A stretch of DNA of 64,000 nt from Chrysomallon squamiferum. Its lineage: Eukaryota; Animalia; Mollusca. A model generated the notes under the pieces. That model searched no databases. It was not told the DNA's origin and saw nothing but the letters and a program-made list of their open reading frames with translations. The translations under genes and the position numbers were made by a program. Each line of letters starts with the position of its first letter. The first letter of the stretch is position 1. The stretch covers positions 40,424,001 to 40,488,000 of the forward strand of contig CM022665.1 of NCBI GenBank assembly GCA_012295275.1, given 5' to 3'. This document shows positions 32,994 through 47,420 of the stretch, piece after piece.

Positions 32994-33819
32994 TTATATA
33001 AAATTAGATTTATTTATAGATTTTAACATGTCCATTTTTATCCTTATTTTCAAAAGGTGTCCAAAGGCATCTAAGAACTGAATGGGTGAGCTGTGCCTTC
33101 AGTCTCACGAGTCTATTTTCAGTCGGTTTATAAACTCTCTTCCTTGATGGTGGGGCAGATCCAAAGTGTATCTTTCTCAATTTAGCATTTTCTGATGTTT
33201 CTAGTCTTTTTATCAATTCTACAAATCTGTATATATTTGGATGGTGACGTTGAACTGACCGGTTCATTCTGTAATGAAAACACTCTAGGGGCCAGTGGTC
33301 CACAAAAATCAAAGGGAAATCTGGCGTCATCGTCAACCACATAATCACTGAATGTTTCCACCTGTGGAACATCAGATCCGTCATCCATGGCTTCAAACCA
33401 TTCTCGATCAGTTTGTTGACAGACGAACGAGAACAACATCAGCTCGATACACACGTATACAGCTCTATATACAGTATTTACGGTATAGTAGCGGTATTGT
33501 TACACTGCTCTGATTCATGCTAATTAAAAGTCTGTTAAGATGAAATTTTTTTTTTTTTTTGTTAGTTACTCCATTAACTGCTTCGTTTACAATATTATTG
33601 TAATAAATAGTACGAAAGGAGAGCGTGAAATTCGCGGGGCTGGGCGCTGGAGGTGGGGATGTCAAGGGACCCAAAGAATCTCGAAGAATAAGGGCCCCAT
33701 CATGGGTTAATAGGACGTTGCCAAACAGGAACACTGATGAAGGAATTATTGCGTTTAACTGTTTTTATTTGTTTATCTTAAATTAATAATATTATTAAAA
33801 GATCGACAAGGTTTTTGTT

Positions 33820-33866
<47 letters not shown>

Positions 33867-33906
33867 TTACTGCTACTACTACTACTTCTTTAATCTTCTC
33901 TGACAT
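32255..33906. repeat. Diverged ~350-400 bp direct repeats (~32255-32600 and ~33510-33906)
   Basis: Both copies share AATATTATTGTAATAAA..GTACGAAAGGAGAG.GTGAAATT, GGGCGCTGG, AAAGAATC.CGAAG.ATAAGGG, GGAATTATTGCGTTTAA, ATTAAAAGATCGAC and (CTA)n-TTCTTTAATCTT.TCTGACAT. Confidence 0.85.
33050..33454 (-). mobile_element. Degenerate MULE/Mutator-like transposase C-terminal fragment
   Basis: Two overlapping frames: WFEAMDD..VETFSDYVVDDDARFP and LECFHYRMNRSVQRHHPNIYRFVELIK..GSAPPSRKRVY..RLVRLK. These resemble, from memory, the E.WH..LN....HPNI..FI..LK region of invertebrate MULE transposases; no search was run. Confidence 0.65.
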
Positions 33907-34152
33907 GATTGGGGCTGTCTCACTGGAACTGATCACCATATAAATCATAATGGGAAAAAAACAACAACAACAACAACAACATAGTTTTCAATAGTTACAT
34001 AATTAAAAATAAATAAATAAATAAATTTAACAAAAATTTACTTTTACATTCAAATTACTTAAAGAATTCCAGTCCTTCTAATAATCAACATATTATAACA
34101 AATATTTTCATTATATAATATAGTTTATAATATAGTACAATTCATGCTTAAT

Positions 34153-34196
<44 letters not shown>

Positions 34197-34769
34197 CAAT
34201 AATAACAAGAACAATTATAATACTAAATTTAAAATGTATCAATAATTATTGTTTTTGGTATGTCAGTTTAATTTATGTTAAATAATATATAACTGTATAA
34301 TTTAAAAATTGTGGATGAACATACATGATTGTATTTAATAAAAATGTGTCTTAATTTCAGCAAATACTACTCAAGCAGTAATTTTTTTGTTTAAGATATA
34401 TGAACTTTTACTGTATAATGTATGATTAAAATAAAATAAATAATGATTTTAAAATTGTAATTCAAATTATAAATATTAAAAAAAAAATTGAACTAAAACA
34501 AATATAAAATTGGCACATGAAAAATAATTTACCTCAAACAAACTAAAAATGAATACAAAGTTTAAGATAAACTTGTATAGATATAGATATACACATTTAC
34601 ACTGAAACGTGTAAATACAATGATTTTGCATGGGAAGTATGGATAAATTTGCATGTATTCACAGTTATATTTGTACATACATACATATACATATAAATAT
34701 TGATAGACAGATAGATAGAAAGACAGATAGGTAGGTAAATTATATATACATATAATTCATTCATTCATT

Positions 34770-34808
<39 letters not shown>

Positions 34809-35458
34809 CATGTAGAGAAATATAGGTTAATACACAGAGAGACACTGCAGTCTTTGAACATGGGTACAAAAATGTGAAATTTTGATATAATATACTGTAA
34901 TATTTTTCTCATTCAAAGTTTATGCAACATAACATAATATAAAACATAAAATCAAACTATGATATTTTCACCTATTATTCAAAAAAAAAAAAAAATAAAA
35001 AAGTAAAAAAATAATAATCTGTTATTTGATAAACAATCTGACATTTAGTTTCAGAGAATTATTGGGGGGGGATTTTGCTTTTTATCTTTTTTTCTTTTTC
35101 TAATCTTTTTTGTGTGAATGGGAGAGTTAATTTCTTTTATCCTTTTTTTTTTTTTTTTTTTTTTTTATTTTTTTTATTCCCCCTATTTCAGTGAATTGGA
35201 GAGAATTTTTTTTTATTTTTTTTTTTTTTTTTTTTTTAAATTATTACTATTAACATTAAAAACAACAGAAAATATAAATTTTAGTTTTAATTAAGTCATA
35301 AATACCACGACCTAAACTAACCCCAACTGATAGCGTAAAACCATCAACCAAGTTCTTTTCTTTCACTCACTTATCTTTTTTTTCAGTTAACCGTTTGTGT
35401 ATTTGGGCTTCTTTAGTTTCCCCTGTCTGACATTCATGTCAAAATGTGACAAGGAGGA

Positions 35459-38400
35459 TTATGAATAGAAAGGCTTGACGTCATCGTAGTTAATCAGTTT
35501 TGAGTTTTCGTCCACCGACTTGTACGATTCCTCCAAATCTGGATTCTGAATGTGTTGTGACGGCGCAATGCTGACTGTTCTGTCGGCTGTCTGCATTTCT
35601 TTGTCTGTCCTCAACCACGGAATGCATGGAACATCAACCAGCTGGTTGTAGAGAGCTGTTCCAATGAGGAGAAAGAGAAACCCATCCACTGAAATAAAGT
35701 TTGAGTAAATAAATTTTAGTTTAACAAAAAAAAAAAAAAAAAAAAATGTTACCGAATATTAAGTTTTAATGCTGGCTTAACTTAAATGTACAAAATGAAC
35801 GGATGAATATTTAAGATATTGTTGTTGATTATGCTAATAACAAGGTATTTTTTTAGTGGTGGAAATTATAAAAAGGACTGTCACACCAATACTCATTTTT
35901 TTATGTCATAAACCTTTTAATTTTTGTTTTTGATTCTAATTTTTTTTTTTTTTTTTTTATTATTTAACTTGTATTGGCCATTCTTAATACATTTTGGTGG
36001 AGCAATTTTTCTGGTAATTTCTGATAACAAATGAGACTTTAGGCTGTTAAACAGTTTGCTGATCCAAACATAAATTTGTTTTTATTACTATTATTATTAT
36101 ATATTATATATTTTTAAGTTAATTTATTTTATTATTATTACTGTTATTATTTTTATCTTGATTTTTATTCATTTTCTCATTTATCATATTACTAACAGTG
36201 AATATTTTGGATATTATTGTGTCATTAAACATTAATTAAATCATAGACATCATTAGGTAAGTAATTACAGTTTTATAAAAAAACACCAAAAAAACAATAA
36301 AATAAATTAAATTAAAAAAATATAATAATAATAGTATTTATCTAAAGAAAAACAGTACCTTGCAAAAGTCCATAACTTTTATCAAATGGTTCTCCAAAAT
36401 TCTGAAAAATAAATAAATAGATAAATAAAATTAGAAATTAGAAAAAATGTGCACACCCCTGGAAAAAAACAAAAAGAAAAAAAAAGATCAGTAAAAAGTT
36501 ACACGTGTAAGCAATATTTGAATAAAATTATTAATTCTATGTTATTTCAGATTTAAAAATTAATACACCAGCTAAACAAATTCAGAATAAAATTTAAAAA
36601 AAAATCGTAATGTTTGTATAAAAGAATATTTCCCTAAAAGACCATGAACCTTTTTGTTTTTTAATTTTTACTTATTGCAGATTATTAATATGGATGTTTA
36701 TTTTACACATAAAAAAAAAAAAAAAAATTACTTTGTCAAAAGCATAAAATGTCACTAGATCAGCAACCCAAACAAGAATTGTTCTGCAGGCATCAATCAA
36801 TGTCCGATGAACAGCTGAAAGAAGAATATTTTACACTATTATAAATGTTGGTTGAATTTTCAGATATATATATATACACACACACACATCTCAATTTTTA
36901 ATATAAATTATTTATTCAACATTGTTTCAATTTATTTTCATACATAATTAAAACTATTTATAACAGATAGATAGATAGATAGGTAGATAGGTAGAGACAG
37001 GTAGGTAGATAATTCACAAACTGATTTTAATACACTGAAGAGTTTGTTTTAAAATTGTTTCAATAAATAAAAAGAAAAGAAATTTAACATTAATATTATA
37101 ATTCTATTGGTTACTAATATTTTATTAAATGTTTTTGTGTACTAAACAACCAATCCAATCTTTTGAACGAAACAACCAACCAAAATCTGTTTTACAAACC
37201 GTACCTGTGAGAGACTTGGTCACAGCCAATCCGAAGTAGTTATAGAAAGCTATTGAGGTCAGATAAAGGAGACAGAAGATGAGAAGTTTGACACTGTTTG
37301 CAATCTGATACAGAGCATCCAAACTGTTTTCATAACTGTCATTGACCTGGGAGCCTGGTATGAAGTACATTGCTGGGAGAACAGCCTGTGAAAAATAAAT
37401 ATACTTGTATTTTCATTAGAAAAATGAAATTATATAAAATTAATGATATAAAATTAAAAAGAATAAAATTAAAACTTAAAAAAATAAAAAGTTAATAAAA
37501 AAAATTAAATAAAATAAAAATTCAAATTCAATCCAAAATAAAATAAAATAAATAGTTAATAAAAAAAAAATTAAAATTAAAAATAAATAAAATAAAATAT
37601 ATAACTAAATTCAGATCCATAAAAATAAAATAAATAGTTAAAAAAAGGAAATTAAAATTAAAAAATAAATAAAATAAAATAAACTATAAATAAAATTTAT
37701 AAAAATATGAGGCTTCAGATATTTGTATCTCGCATTTTTACAATCAAAGATTAAAATTAATAACAAAGTTCAGTTTTACATTGTCTTGTATTTATAGTTT
37801 GAAAAACTGTTTAAATATAAAATGTAAAGAGAATATAGTAACTGAAACTGCTTTAATTATTAAAAAAGATGTATGAATAAGTATATAAATTTATCTGTAA
37901 CATAAAATAAAACACAGTTTTTATAATTGTGAAATAACTTAACAAGTCAAAAATTCTTTATTCATAAATGTAAAATGAATTTTTCTGCCACTGTGAAGTT
38001 GTTTTTAATAAATATATACAAACATACATTTTTGTTTTCCTTCCCTTCATATTTGGACATTTAATTTCTTCTTATTTTTTATCACCTTTTCACAAAATGA
38101 AAAAAATAACGTTACAGAGACATAAATGCCATTTACACATTAAAAGTGAAACTGTCAAACACTTATAAACTAACTAGAATTATTAAAACAGAGATATGTT
38201 AAGAGCAAATTAAAAATGTTAAAATGTTTGAAAGAGGACTTACAAATGTCATACACAGAAAGCCAAATGTTCCTTCCATTCCCACGACCTGTAGAGGCTT
38301 AAAATTTCTGTTTTTAAGAAATAGCTCTTCTATAACCATCTGACTTGCACTAACTAACTGACTCCCAACAATGAGAAGAATTCCTGAAATAGTTATAAAT

Positions 38401-39040
38401 AGCATAATTTAACACATTGTTTGTATTGAGGAATGCTTTGGTATAATATAAATGTGTAAAAATATTTCAGTCTGAACACCAAGGATTTTCGGTGTATTAA
38501 ATATATACATACACATACTCATATATACTATCTTACATGATTATGGATGTATGTATATATGTATTTTTTTTTTTTTGTGTATATATATGATAACTATTTT
38601 GAGCCTTTGATAGATTCAGAATTCTGCATATATATATATATATTCTGCACTACACTGAGACATCATCTTTTTCCAAATTTGAGAAAAACCCAGAATATTT
38701 TCATTATTTTGACTACATTTAATTAATTATTTTATTTAGTAAAATCAGACAGTAAGACAGCCACATAATATACCATTTAATAATATAATCCTTATCAATA
38801 GGTAACAATGTTTCAACACTAAAATATAATGCTTCTTAATTTTTCTTTTAATTTCCTTTATTTCTTAATTTTTCATTTCTTTTTTCTTTGATTTTTCTTT
38901 TCATTATTTTTTATTTCATTTCATTTCATTATTTATTTCATTATTTATTTATTTATTTATTTTAAATTATCAAAATCATCATTATTACAATTTGTTATTT
39001 ACTTGCCTATTATAATTTAACTTCAATTCAATTTTATTTT

Positions 39041-39099
<59 letters not shown>

Positions 39100-39675
39100 T
39101 TAACTTAGAGTAATTAATGAAAACCAATGTAAAGAAACAAAGCTGACATAGTAGGCCATGTGTTACCTAGTAATGTTTCTGAAGCACTGGAACTTTTGTG
39201 GCTTTTGAAAACACTGGAACAACCAACAAGAACCAAACCCAGCATAGTAACAATCATCCCCAACCAGTGAAATGCCTTCAGTTTTCTCTTCAGAAAGATT
39301 TTCTACAAATAAATGTTGTTGTTTTTTCAGATATTTTTCATTTATTTATATCTATTACATTTTTTTAAAGAGGACTTAACATATGGAAATTTGTGGTTAC
39401 AATGCAAGATATGTATACACATCTGCAACGACAGATACAAAAACATTTATGAGCAAATATTTGCAAAAACATATATTTGATTTAATTTGTTTTTTTTTTT
39501 TGTTTTTTTGTTTTTTTTAACTACAGGAGTGTTCTTTTTATTTTATTTATTTTTTATTAATTTTTTTTTAAATATTTATTTATTTATTTATGGACATTAG
39601 TACATATTCAAGTTTTTTATTTTGACAACAGAACATTTGAAAACTAATATACGTTTAATTAATAGCAATTTGTTT

Positions 39676-39728
<53 letters not shown>

Positions 39729-40044
39729 CATGCATGCATGTGCATGTGTAAGATTTTAACAGAATCAAGATAAAAATTAACAAAGACACATACTGACAAA
39801 ATTCCAGCAAATATTATAATCGATCCTCGAAGCATTTGCCAAACAGAAGCATCAACATACAGCAGTCCAATGCCTAGATAAGCACAACATAAGCAGATTA
39901 CACAAAATATATGAAAACAGATGAGAAACAAATGAATTGTCTTAGCTGTCTGGGGCACTCACCACTTTTGGTCCTGGCAGTCACAGATGTCTAATGTTAC
40001 TTTTATTTACATATATATGTATATATCAGAGTGAGAGTGAGAGT

Positions 40045-40135
<91 letters not shown>

Positions 40136-42140
40136 GCATGTAGACACAGTGCATAATAATGATTCATGTCTTAAATATATATTACATCTACAGATAATTA
40201 AAAAAAAAAAAAATGAGTATTGGTGTGACAGTCCTGTTTATAATTTCCACCACTAAAAAAATACCTTGTTATCAGCATAATCAACAACAAATATGAAATT
40301 ACACTGACTGTCAGCATTATCTGTCATAATGATACAGGTAAAGATAGGAACAAATTAATAAAACTATTTATAGCTTAAATTAAAATACACAGATACCTGA
40401 GGAAAACATATATAATAATTATATTCATTTAAATTACATTGTAAAGAATAAAATTAAAATTAACTAAATGTTAAATAATTCTCAGTGAAAAGATATTTTG
40501 TAAGTGCTATAAAATCTGTCTTCTTAAAAAAAAATTACTCAGAAGAAGAGAGATAAAATATATGCAAGCCTACTGCAATGATAGGTTAATTAAAAAGTTA
40601 ATTAATGTTATACACAAAGTAAAATGAGTTAGAAATGTTAGAAAAGACAAGCTCTGTGTATGAAACAGAACAGTACCTGCCAAAGATGTTCCCACCAAGT
40701 CACACAATGTTGGAATGAGAAAAATAAAATGAAAAACTCTGAAATAAAAAAATAAAAAAATGTTTTTTTAAGTTCATCATAATATTGTAAGCTACAAATT
40801 TAAAATGCACACAAAGAGAAATACACACATATACACATGCACACACACGAACATGCATTCATACACACTCACAGACAGAACCACACACACATACAAGTAT
40901 GCATGTCAGTAGGTAGGTATTTTTTTACTTTATTTTTTGAATAGTTCATATAGTTTTTTAATTTTTTAAAAATAAAATTTTATGGACAAATGTATTAATA
41001 CAAACTTGTTCTGTACTAGTGGTTTTTGTCACCTTGAAAATGTCAGTAGGGCTTCCTGAAATACAAAAAAAAAAAAATTTATATATTTTTTTTATTATTT
41101 TTATAAATATATTATTTATTTTTATTTTTTTACAATTATTATTAATACAAACTTGTTCTGTACTAGTGGTTCAATAATGTCACCTTAAAAATGGTTGAGA
41201 AAGGAAACATTTTATTGTTATACAATCATACTGCAATAAAATACACAAAAAATAAACAATGTTTAAAATTTTACAATTTGACTGAACATATTTTGACTAA
41301 ATTTAAAATTAATAATTAAAAGATAATATACAAAAAATAAATAAATATATATAATAATTCCAATAACAACAACAATTACAACAACAAATACAAAAACAAT
41401 AGTAATAATAAGTAGTAAAAGTTTAAATGATTTTATTCTGATAGTACAGATAATGAAAAAAAAACTAAATATAATAATAAATGGTTGCTATAAATAAAAA
41501 TTATGAAAGGATATATATACACATATATATATTGTATAACAGTATATGAACATCACATTATCAGTGAAAAGATTACAGATATCACACAAATCTGAAATCA
41601 AATTTAAAAAAGAAAGTAATTCATCTGACACAAACTTTCTAAACAAGCGTTTTTATTTGAATTTGAAAAACAATTCTTAATACTGAATGTGTAAATTCTT
41701 ATTTATTTTCTCTATGATTTCAGACAGATTTTGCTAGATCAACTATACTTAGATGAAAAAGATGAAAAAAAAACAACCAAAAAACAATTATACGGTTAAA
41801 CAATTAAAAAATACCAGTCGTTGGTTTTTTATTTTACCTCTTTTAAATATGCCTGTCGTTCTCTTCTTCTTGCAATGCTCAGCCCTATCAAACAACACAT
41901 TTCACCTAAAATAAAAAAAACACTGAAATTTTACTGAACATTAACTATAATTCACATGTAATATGTAACTCTTAAAACTGGTCTAAAACACTGTTCAAAG
42001 AATTTGAATAAAAAATGAAAGAAAGTAAATAAAATCTAAACTTCTCATAGGTAAAATCTGGCTTATCTTAAAATGATAATTAAAAATTAAAAAGCTTGGA
42101 GATAAGAGAAATGTAAAAGAAGAAGCTAGCCATTTGTTCA

Positions 42141-42229
<89 letters not shown>

Positions 42230-42707
42230 AAAGTATCTAACTGAAAGAATTTGTATATGGACACCTCTGAGAAGGATAACAAGTAGTATAAATGCTCATC
42301 AATGTCTCCATTGTGCTATTTTTCCCATTCCAGCCAGTGGTTGAATCCAGTTTATTAACGAGGCACATATATTTTCAGAGATTTAAACTCCTATTGTACT
42401 AAATACAAGTGAAACAATTAATGCCAGTAAGTTTTCTCTCTCTGTTTCCTATCTTCACTTTTACAGAAGTCATATTTTGTACACCAAACTGTGTTTGATA
42501 TGACAGGAGAGTTTCTGTTAAATAAATATTAAATAATGATAAAAAAAGAATAAAATACCGATAAACATGATCCATGTCTGAAACCAAGGGTGGTCAAATT
42601 TATGTGGTTTTGTTTTGCTGTTAAAATGTTTGTCTGGATAACCTTCTGCACTGTAAAGATACAAATAAATCGATGTAATAATAATATAAATATTTATGTA
42701 CATATTC

Positions 42708-42747
<40 letters not shown>

Positions 42748-42990
42748 ATTTTTATATATATATATATACTTGTAACATTTTTTATGTTAACCCTTCAAGC
42801 TACACATCTTATCAAGCACTAATATTACAACAAACTATCCAAACTTCAGTTAATTGTGATGACAGAGTAACAATTTTGAAGGGTAATGAATCTGTCAAAA
42901 TTAAATTTCAATTATTATGAACCTGCCTTTGGTAACAGTAGAACTAAGGTTAATAGAAATAATACTTTATAATAGCCTAGTTTACTGTTT

Positions 42991-43041
<51 letters not shown>

Positions 43042-43046
43042 TAATA

Positions 43047-43082
<36 letters not shown>

Positions 43083-43518
43083 TGTACGTCAGTTTAGTAT
43101 GGTAATAAAAAGAATATCCATGCTAGCAAGTATTACTGCAATGAGACACTGAAATATTTTAAACTGCAATATAAATACATTCTATATCCAGCGTTTGCAA
43201 ATGATATTATACTGATAAATTATAAAAAGCTACCCTCTAACAGAGTAACAAATGGTTGTATTTATTATTTTAAATTTTATATTATTATTATTACATAAAC
43301 GGTTATACCACTAATACTAGACTAAAATTTCGCATTTCCATTTCAGTCCAATGTAAAGACATTTAACTCTAACAATATGAAAATAAAATCCTGTATTTTC
43401 CTGAATATTCTGTTAAAGCTTACACGCAGTCATTTTGTGCCTTTTTGCTCAGTGTATTTATGCTGCCTGTTACTAACATGCCGATCATCAACAAAACCTG
43501 AACCACTGTCAGCGCCAT
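35459..43518 (-). CDS. SLC35F6: Solute carrier family 35 member F6 (DMT/nucleotide-sugar transporter-like), ~410 aa, ~12 exons
   Basis: Exons 43518-43424, 42650-42559, 41905-41838, 41055-41033 (uncertain), 40738-40677, 39873-39794, 39302-39167, 38383-38244, 37385-37205, 36814-36732, 36401-36359 and 35688-35459; phases are consistent. Family motifs MLVTGSINTL, FDHPWFQT..MFIGE, PTLCDLVGTSL, QMLRGSIIIF, QMVIEE, VGMEGTFG, SIAFYNYFGLAVTK, HRTLIDACRT. Confidence 0.95.
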
Positions 43519-43527
43519 TTTGTCTTA

Positions 43528-43553
43528 TCATGTGACAAGACATATCACGTGAC
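43528..43553 (-). promoter_or_regulatory. Tandem CLEAR/M-box-type E-boxes next to the SLC35F6 start codon
   Basis: On the minus strand, GTCACGTGA (43553-43545) and GTCACATGA (43536-43528), lying 10-35 nt upstream of the ATG. Confidence 0.6.
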
Positions 43554-43618
43554 AGAAACGTTATTTTCATTGCTAGTATCTAAAAGATTTTTTTTGTGGA
43601 TTTTATTTTTTATTTTGT

Positions 43619-43652
<34 letters not shown>

Positions 43653-43884
43653 TTATAATTATTGTGCTTTATTATTATTATTAGTGTTATTTATTAATTA
43701 ATTTATTTATTTTTAAACTATTATTACAATTATTGTTATTCATATATTTATATTATTATACATTTTTTCTTAATTTCTTTTCCATCATTTACAAAAAAGA
43801 AAGAATATTTTTCTTTCTATCTTCACTGCTTAAAATATTTTTTAAAGAATTATAACACACATTGAAACATCCTCTCAGTTTTCA

Positions 43885-43920
<36 letters not shown>

Positions 43921-44162
43921 ATGCATATACTTGTACACAAATACACTCTCACACATACGCACACACTTTCACATACACACTTTCAAACACACACTTTCAT
44001 CAACAGTGCATGAACAGGTATCAAGATAGCTGATGAGGGTATTACATAGTTAACTTCAACTGTGGCTCTTCGGGGAGAGAAAATCCCCCCCCTGCAATGT
44101 TTTAAATACCCAAAATGAACATAGGAATGTATGTTTAACAACACCCGAACATGAAAAAAAAT

Positions 44163-44217
<55 letters not shown>

Positions 44218-45403
44218 ATCAGCTACTGGAAGTCAGGAATGAAAATGACTTATATAAAAAATAAAATAGTAAAATAATTTTTATAAATTTCAAAAGTTTA
44301 TAAAACAGTGTAAAGAGCTGTGCAAAATAATTTTAAATATTCATTTCAGAGGTGAACATCGACAATGCAGACAAAAAAAAAAAAAAAAAAAAGGGTAAAA
44401 TAAACCAGTGCAAAATCTATGTAAAATATATTAATGTCTTTGAATAAACAGTTATTACCAAACACATGAAAGTAGATGATTATGTTTGTTGTAATATTCC
44501 AAAACAGTTTCCTAACAAATGAATGTATCTAAGAAATTTTTATTGTTTTTATTTTTTATTTTTTCAATATTCTTGCATAACCTGTATTTGTATTATATAT
44601 TAAGAAATAATATATAAATAAATGAATAAATTAATTAAAAATTATAGATAAATATAACAATATCATTCAAAATGCCACATATCCTTCTGTACTTTATAAA
44701 TAATGTAATACAATGTTCTTTTAACATATTTGCCAGTTCAGATTGCCCTTGAAGGACATCCATGCATTTCAGTGTGGGAAACATTTGATTTTCAAAATAC
44801 TATGTCATTTATGTGAGAAATCAATTTAAATCAGTAAGTATCACAAGCTTTCATTTAAACAATATTGTCACATCTGTTTACAGATCACTCTATTAAAGAT
44901 AAATTCTCATGTTTTATTGTAGAATGTTTAAATATACTTGCGATGATGCAAGAAATTGGCTAAATGCATTTTTATTATTATTATTTTTTAAGTACTTCTA
45001 AGTTACAGTTTCTTTTCAGTTTATTTTTCTGTTGGAATATATATATAGAAATTCTGCAATCTGAATGCCTTCTGGTTCACCACAAACCGTAACATCTATT
45101 TTCCTGTCTGTGGGAAGTGAAAACATTTGCTGATAAACTGAATGGCCCATGTTTCTCTGTATTCAGCTTTTTTGTAGGTCCTTTTGTGTTTCTTCTTCTT
45201 ATTATTATTTTGCTGTTGTTGTTGTCTTTGCTTTTTTTTTTTTTATTCTAAACTTTTTGCAGACACTACAGACAGTAAAGATATGATCACAAAATTATTG
45301 TTCATTTGTTAACAAGCAAAAATGAAAACAAATAACCTGATGTCAAACAGTAATCTTTTATTTCTCAATGCAACAAAATGATCATAAACTGTTAAACAAG
45401 TTC

Positions 45404-45436
<33 letters not shown>

Positions 45437-45437
<1 letters not shown>

Positions 45438-45690
45438 TTACCGAATATTAAGTTTTAATGCTGGCTTAACTTAAATGTACAAAATGAATGGTAGAATATT
45501 TAAGATATAACTTTTTTTTTATGTCACAAACCTTTTAATTTCTATTTTTGAATCTAATTTTTTTCAGTTTTAAAACATATTGGTGGAGCAATTTTTCTGG
45601 TAATTTCTGATAACAAATGAAACTTTAGCCTATTAAATAGTTTGCTGATCCAAACATAAATTTGTTTTTATTACTATTATTATTGTTATA
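45437..45690. repeat. Dispersed repeat also present in the last SLC35F6 intron (~35748-36090)
   Basis: Both copies have an A-run followed by GTTACCGAATATTAAGTTTTAATGCTGGCTTAACTTAAATGTACAAAATGAA ... GGTGGAGCAATTTTTCTGGTAATTTCTGATAACAAATGA ... GCTGATCCAAACATAAATTTG. Confidence 0.85.
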
Positions 45691-46704
45691 TATTTATAGG
45701 TGCATACAGGTATATGTAATGCTTCTTTTGACTTAGAAGACACACTTGTGAACTTAAATAAAAGAAAAGTTAAAAAAATATCATTTATCATTAATTTTGT
45801 TGATAATACTTATTTTATCATAAGCATGGCTGTCACTGCTGGCTTAAAATATTCATATTACAAGGAAAGGAAAAACCCATCAAAATTGTCTTAACTCAAC
45901 AGAATTATAATTTAAAAAAAAAAGGTTTCTGAAAGATAATGTACTTGGAATGGATAAAACACAAGATGTTTCTAATATTTGCTGGGTAAGGATTATTTTT
46001 TTAATTTTAATTTTTTTTAAAATGAACAGCACCTTCTTAAAACAAAATAAAGGTTTGAAAGATGAAGGTCCATATCATTAAAAAAGTATAAAGAAGAAAA
46101 CTTAGTAATACAAAAAAAAAGTATTTATATTAAACCAAAGTCTACATATTTTAATAAACATAAATTCTTATCTTTTTACTGAACCAAAATCTACGTATTA
46201 TAATAAACAGAAATTCTTAAATTTATATTAAACCAAAATCTGCATATTTTAGCAAACAGAAATTCAGACTTTTACTATTTGGAAGACAAAATAAGTCTGC
46301 AAGAATAAAAAGAAAATCAAATAAATAAAATATTTTATGACCCCACTGGACAAAGCCGACACTAACCAGTGGATGTGAACTTTTTGGTTTGAAAAATATT
46401 AAAAAATAATAATAATGGTAATGACATGAGAAGTACTCTATTACTTCAGTGAAACCTAAAAGCAAGGTATTCAATGTAAATACATACAAATTGCATTTTA
46501 AAAATAAAACTAAGATTTACTTATATCAGGATGGAAAACCTATAGCTTCTGTGCCTAAATCATGTCATAAAAAAAAAAATATTATAAAGAACAAATTAAT
46601 TGTATTTATTTATTTATTTAATTTTTTTAAATAACTACTAAAACAGCACTATAATACTGAAAATAAATAAATAAATAAATAAATAATACATAAATAATAA
46701 AAAC

Positions 46705-46737
<33 letters not shown>

Positions 46738-47420
46738 TTAATAATAATAAAGACAATGTTAATAATAATCATAATATACTGATGATGATGAGATGATGAT
46801 GATGATGATAACAATAACAATAACAATAGCAATAGCGATAACAATAATAATAATAATAATAAAGAAAACATCAGAACATTATTTCCACTTTACAGACACT
46901 CTTACATATTAAAGAAAAAAACTGAGAAATCACAGACAGATCAAAAACTGATCTGAAATAAAAATAATACAGTCAACAACAAAAAATAAAACATCGCCAT
47001 CAAAAAATAAATGCCTGACAATAAAATATAATAGCACAACTCAGCAGATGAAAAACTAACAAGAGAGATGAAATGGCTAGTGAATTCGAGATAATTCAAT
47101 TTTTCTAGTGGCATAGTTGTTTTCCTTTTTATGATGACATACGATCTTCTGAGTCAATCATTTCAGACTGCAAAGAAAAAAACAAGACATATAATCTTAG
47201 AAAAATACTTCTTTTGTCAATCAATATCAAAGATCTAATATATATATATGTGCTTTCTAATCAGTGTTTTCATTTTATAGCATTTATATACTGGAAAAAG
47301 AGAAAAAGTAAAGAAAACTGAATGACGATATGTTGTTCTGAAATGTCCTGTTGTTAACAGTTATTATATGTTGATCATATGATTTGGAATCATGCTAAGC
47401 TGACTTACTGTCAAAGGTCA

